DNA of 64,000 nucleotides from Malacoraja senta (taxonomy: Eukaryota): positions 6,138,001-6,202,000 of the forward strand of contig CM075988.1 in assembly GCA_038087875.1 (NCBI GenBank). Reading direction: 5' to 3'. Shown here piece after piece: positions 62,436 through 64,000 of the stretch. The notes under the pieces were generated by a model, which was not told the origin of the DNA, searched no databases, and saw only the letters and a program-made list of their open reading frames with translations. Both the position numbers and the translations under genes were made by a program. Positions within the stretch are counted from its first letter, which is position 1; every line of letters begins with the position of its first letter.

Positions 62436-63592
62436 TGATTCAGTACGCATTAAAATAATAAATCTAATCCTAAACGCAGCTAACTGCAACACATTCTCTA
62501 CATTTATTAACAAACAGTAAAACAGAAAAACAATTCAGGAGTGGAGTGCCACTCTGAAGCTGGAAGGTGTTTCAACTGATGGAAAACCGTGAAGGTTGTC
62601 ACTGTCGTCAGAGCTTTCCTTCTGGTAGTAATGTTCCAAGAAAAACACATTGCATGTGTGGCATGAGGTGTTTCCTTGAAGGGCAGGCTGTCAAAAGGTC
62701 TAAATGATGATCAGAGTTCTTGACTACTGAGTGAGAAATGATCCTTCAGCGTTATATTGGCTCTGGGAGGTACAACGTCATCAGCTAACGAGAGTTTGGC
62801 TGATCTCGGCCCAGACTGAGTGAAGGACATTAAGTCAGTGGTTCCAGATGGAAAAAGTGAGCCAATTTAACATTTTCCCAATCCTTCGATGAAAATGGTT
62901 TACATCAGTGGATTGACATGGAATTTTCACCTCAGGGATCCTGTGGGATTCTGAGTGTTGCAACGTTTGTATGGAACTCAGTATACGCTAAACCTGCACC
63001 TCCAGATATCCACCTCCATCACACACGACACTGATGCCTTCGTATTCACAGTGTATAAATATCCCAGACTGTTGAAGAGCATGGGATCTTTCAGAGTCGA
63101 GGCTAAACCTTTCAGTGAGAAGTAGTGAGAATGAGGAATGCCCTGTCCTTGGCCTCTATCCCTTGCCAACAACTGAATCCCTCTCACTGGGAACAGTCTC
63201 ATACCAAACCCAACCCATTGCAGCAAAACACAAAGTGTTGGAGTGACTCAATGGGTCAGGCTGCATCTGTGGAGGGAATGGATGGACGACGTTTCGGGTC
63301 GGGACCCTCCCTCAACCCAAAACATCACCTATCCATTCCCCGCACAGATACTGCCTGACCCGCTGAGTTACTCCAGCACTTTGAGTTTTGCTCAAGATTC
63401 CATCATCTGCAGTTCCTTGTGTCTCCAACCCTTAACAACTTGGTGTGCCGGTTTGAAGTAGGCCTTGTGCAGATAGTGAGTAGGAGGGCTTTAGATTCCA
63501 GGGAAATATCAGTGGTCTGCTCCATTGGGCAAAAAATGACAACCAGAATTTAATCCAGAGAAATGTGAGGTAATGCGTTTGGGCAGTGGTGT

Positions 63593-63927
63593 TACTTACT
63601 TACCTACTGCCTATTATGCCTTCTGGCATGTAGGGCAGCAACGAAGGTCCTCCACTCCTGTCTGTTCTGGGTCCATCACGCCCAGTAGTGTTGATTCCTT
63701 CAGTTGCTGTTTCCGTAACATATTTCTTTTATGAGACAGGGTTGTTAGCCCTGTGCTCAACCTCCAACCTGGAGGACCAGTGGATTGCTCTTCGTCTCGC
63801 CTCTACCCTTCGACCTGTCCAGCATGGGAGACCCTAGCAGGAGACGAATCTCCCGCTGGCATAGCTCTAGGGGTCACTGAGACACACAAGCTCCCCGACC
63901 ACGACAAGGTTGCCATCCAACGGGGAG
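63593..63927 (-). mobile_element. Bipartite non-autonomous RTE element (RTE 5' UTR fused to RTE 3' end)
   Basis: 5' ACCTTGTCGTGG..GAGCTATGCC and GGTCCTCCAGGTTGG..GGGCTAACAACCC motifs; 3' QNRQEWRTFVAAL..*; (TAAG)n tail; 8-bp TSD AGTGGTGT (63585-63592 / 63928-63935). Confidence 0.88.
63857..63927 (-). ncRNA. Variant HDV-like fold at the RTE element 5' end
   Basis: P1 CUCCCCG/CGGGGAG, P2 UGGCA/UGCCA, P3 ACC/GGU, L3 UUGUCGU; atypical C at +1 and short J4/2 (CUA). Confidence 0.5.
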
Positions 63928-64000
63928 AGTGGTGTGCCTTAAGGCAAAGTAACATACAGAGAATGGGGTGATGTTGAGTGGTGCTATAATGCTGAAAACT

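Noticed and set aside
63740..63780. HDV ribozyme reading of the TCCTCC..GGCTAACAACC motif
   Set aside because: The partner of CAACC lies 3' of the putative L3, which is incompatible with HDV strand order.
1..64000. Prokaryotic-type systems (CRISPR array, operon, defence island)
   Set aside because: The sequence is vertebrate repeat DNA; recurring repeats are dispersed SINE/LINE/MITE copies, not regularly spaced repeat-spacer units.

Overview
This is eukaryotic, repeat-saturated DNA. The repeat content (HE1-like V-SINEs sharing a 3' tail with HER1-like CR1 LINEs) points to an elasmobranch; this is inference. I found no supportable host protein-coding exon, so the window reads as intergenic or intronic, and most ORF-track entries are retroelement remnants or chance ORFs. 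Elements present: CR1, L1, L2 and Rex/Babar LINE fragments, an RTE-derived bipartite SINE, Penelope-like 3' ends and their fold-back derivatives, over 20 V-SINEs, a Tc1 left end, hAT-like ends and seven Harbinger-like MITEs sharing one terminus. The most notable signal is putative self-cleaving ribozymes on non-autonomous retroposons. (1) A 138-bp SINE-like element (49570-49707, minus) begins with a 54-nt minimal HDV/CPEB3-like double pseudoknot whose cleavage site coincides with the element 5' end. (2) An RTE-derived SINE (63593-63927, minus) begins with a variant HDV-like fold. (3) Many Penelope-derived hairpin elements carry minimal hammerhead cores. All folds were assigned by eye; boundaries of degraded repeats are approximate.
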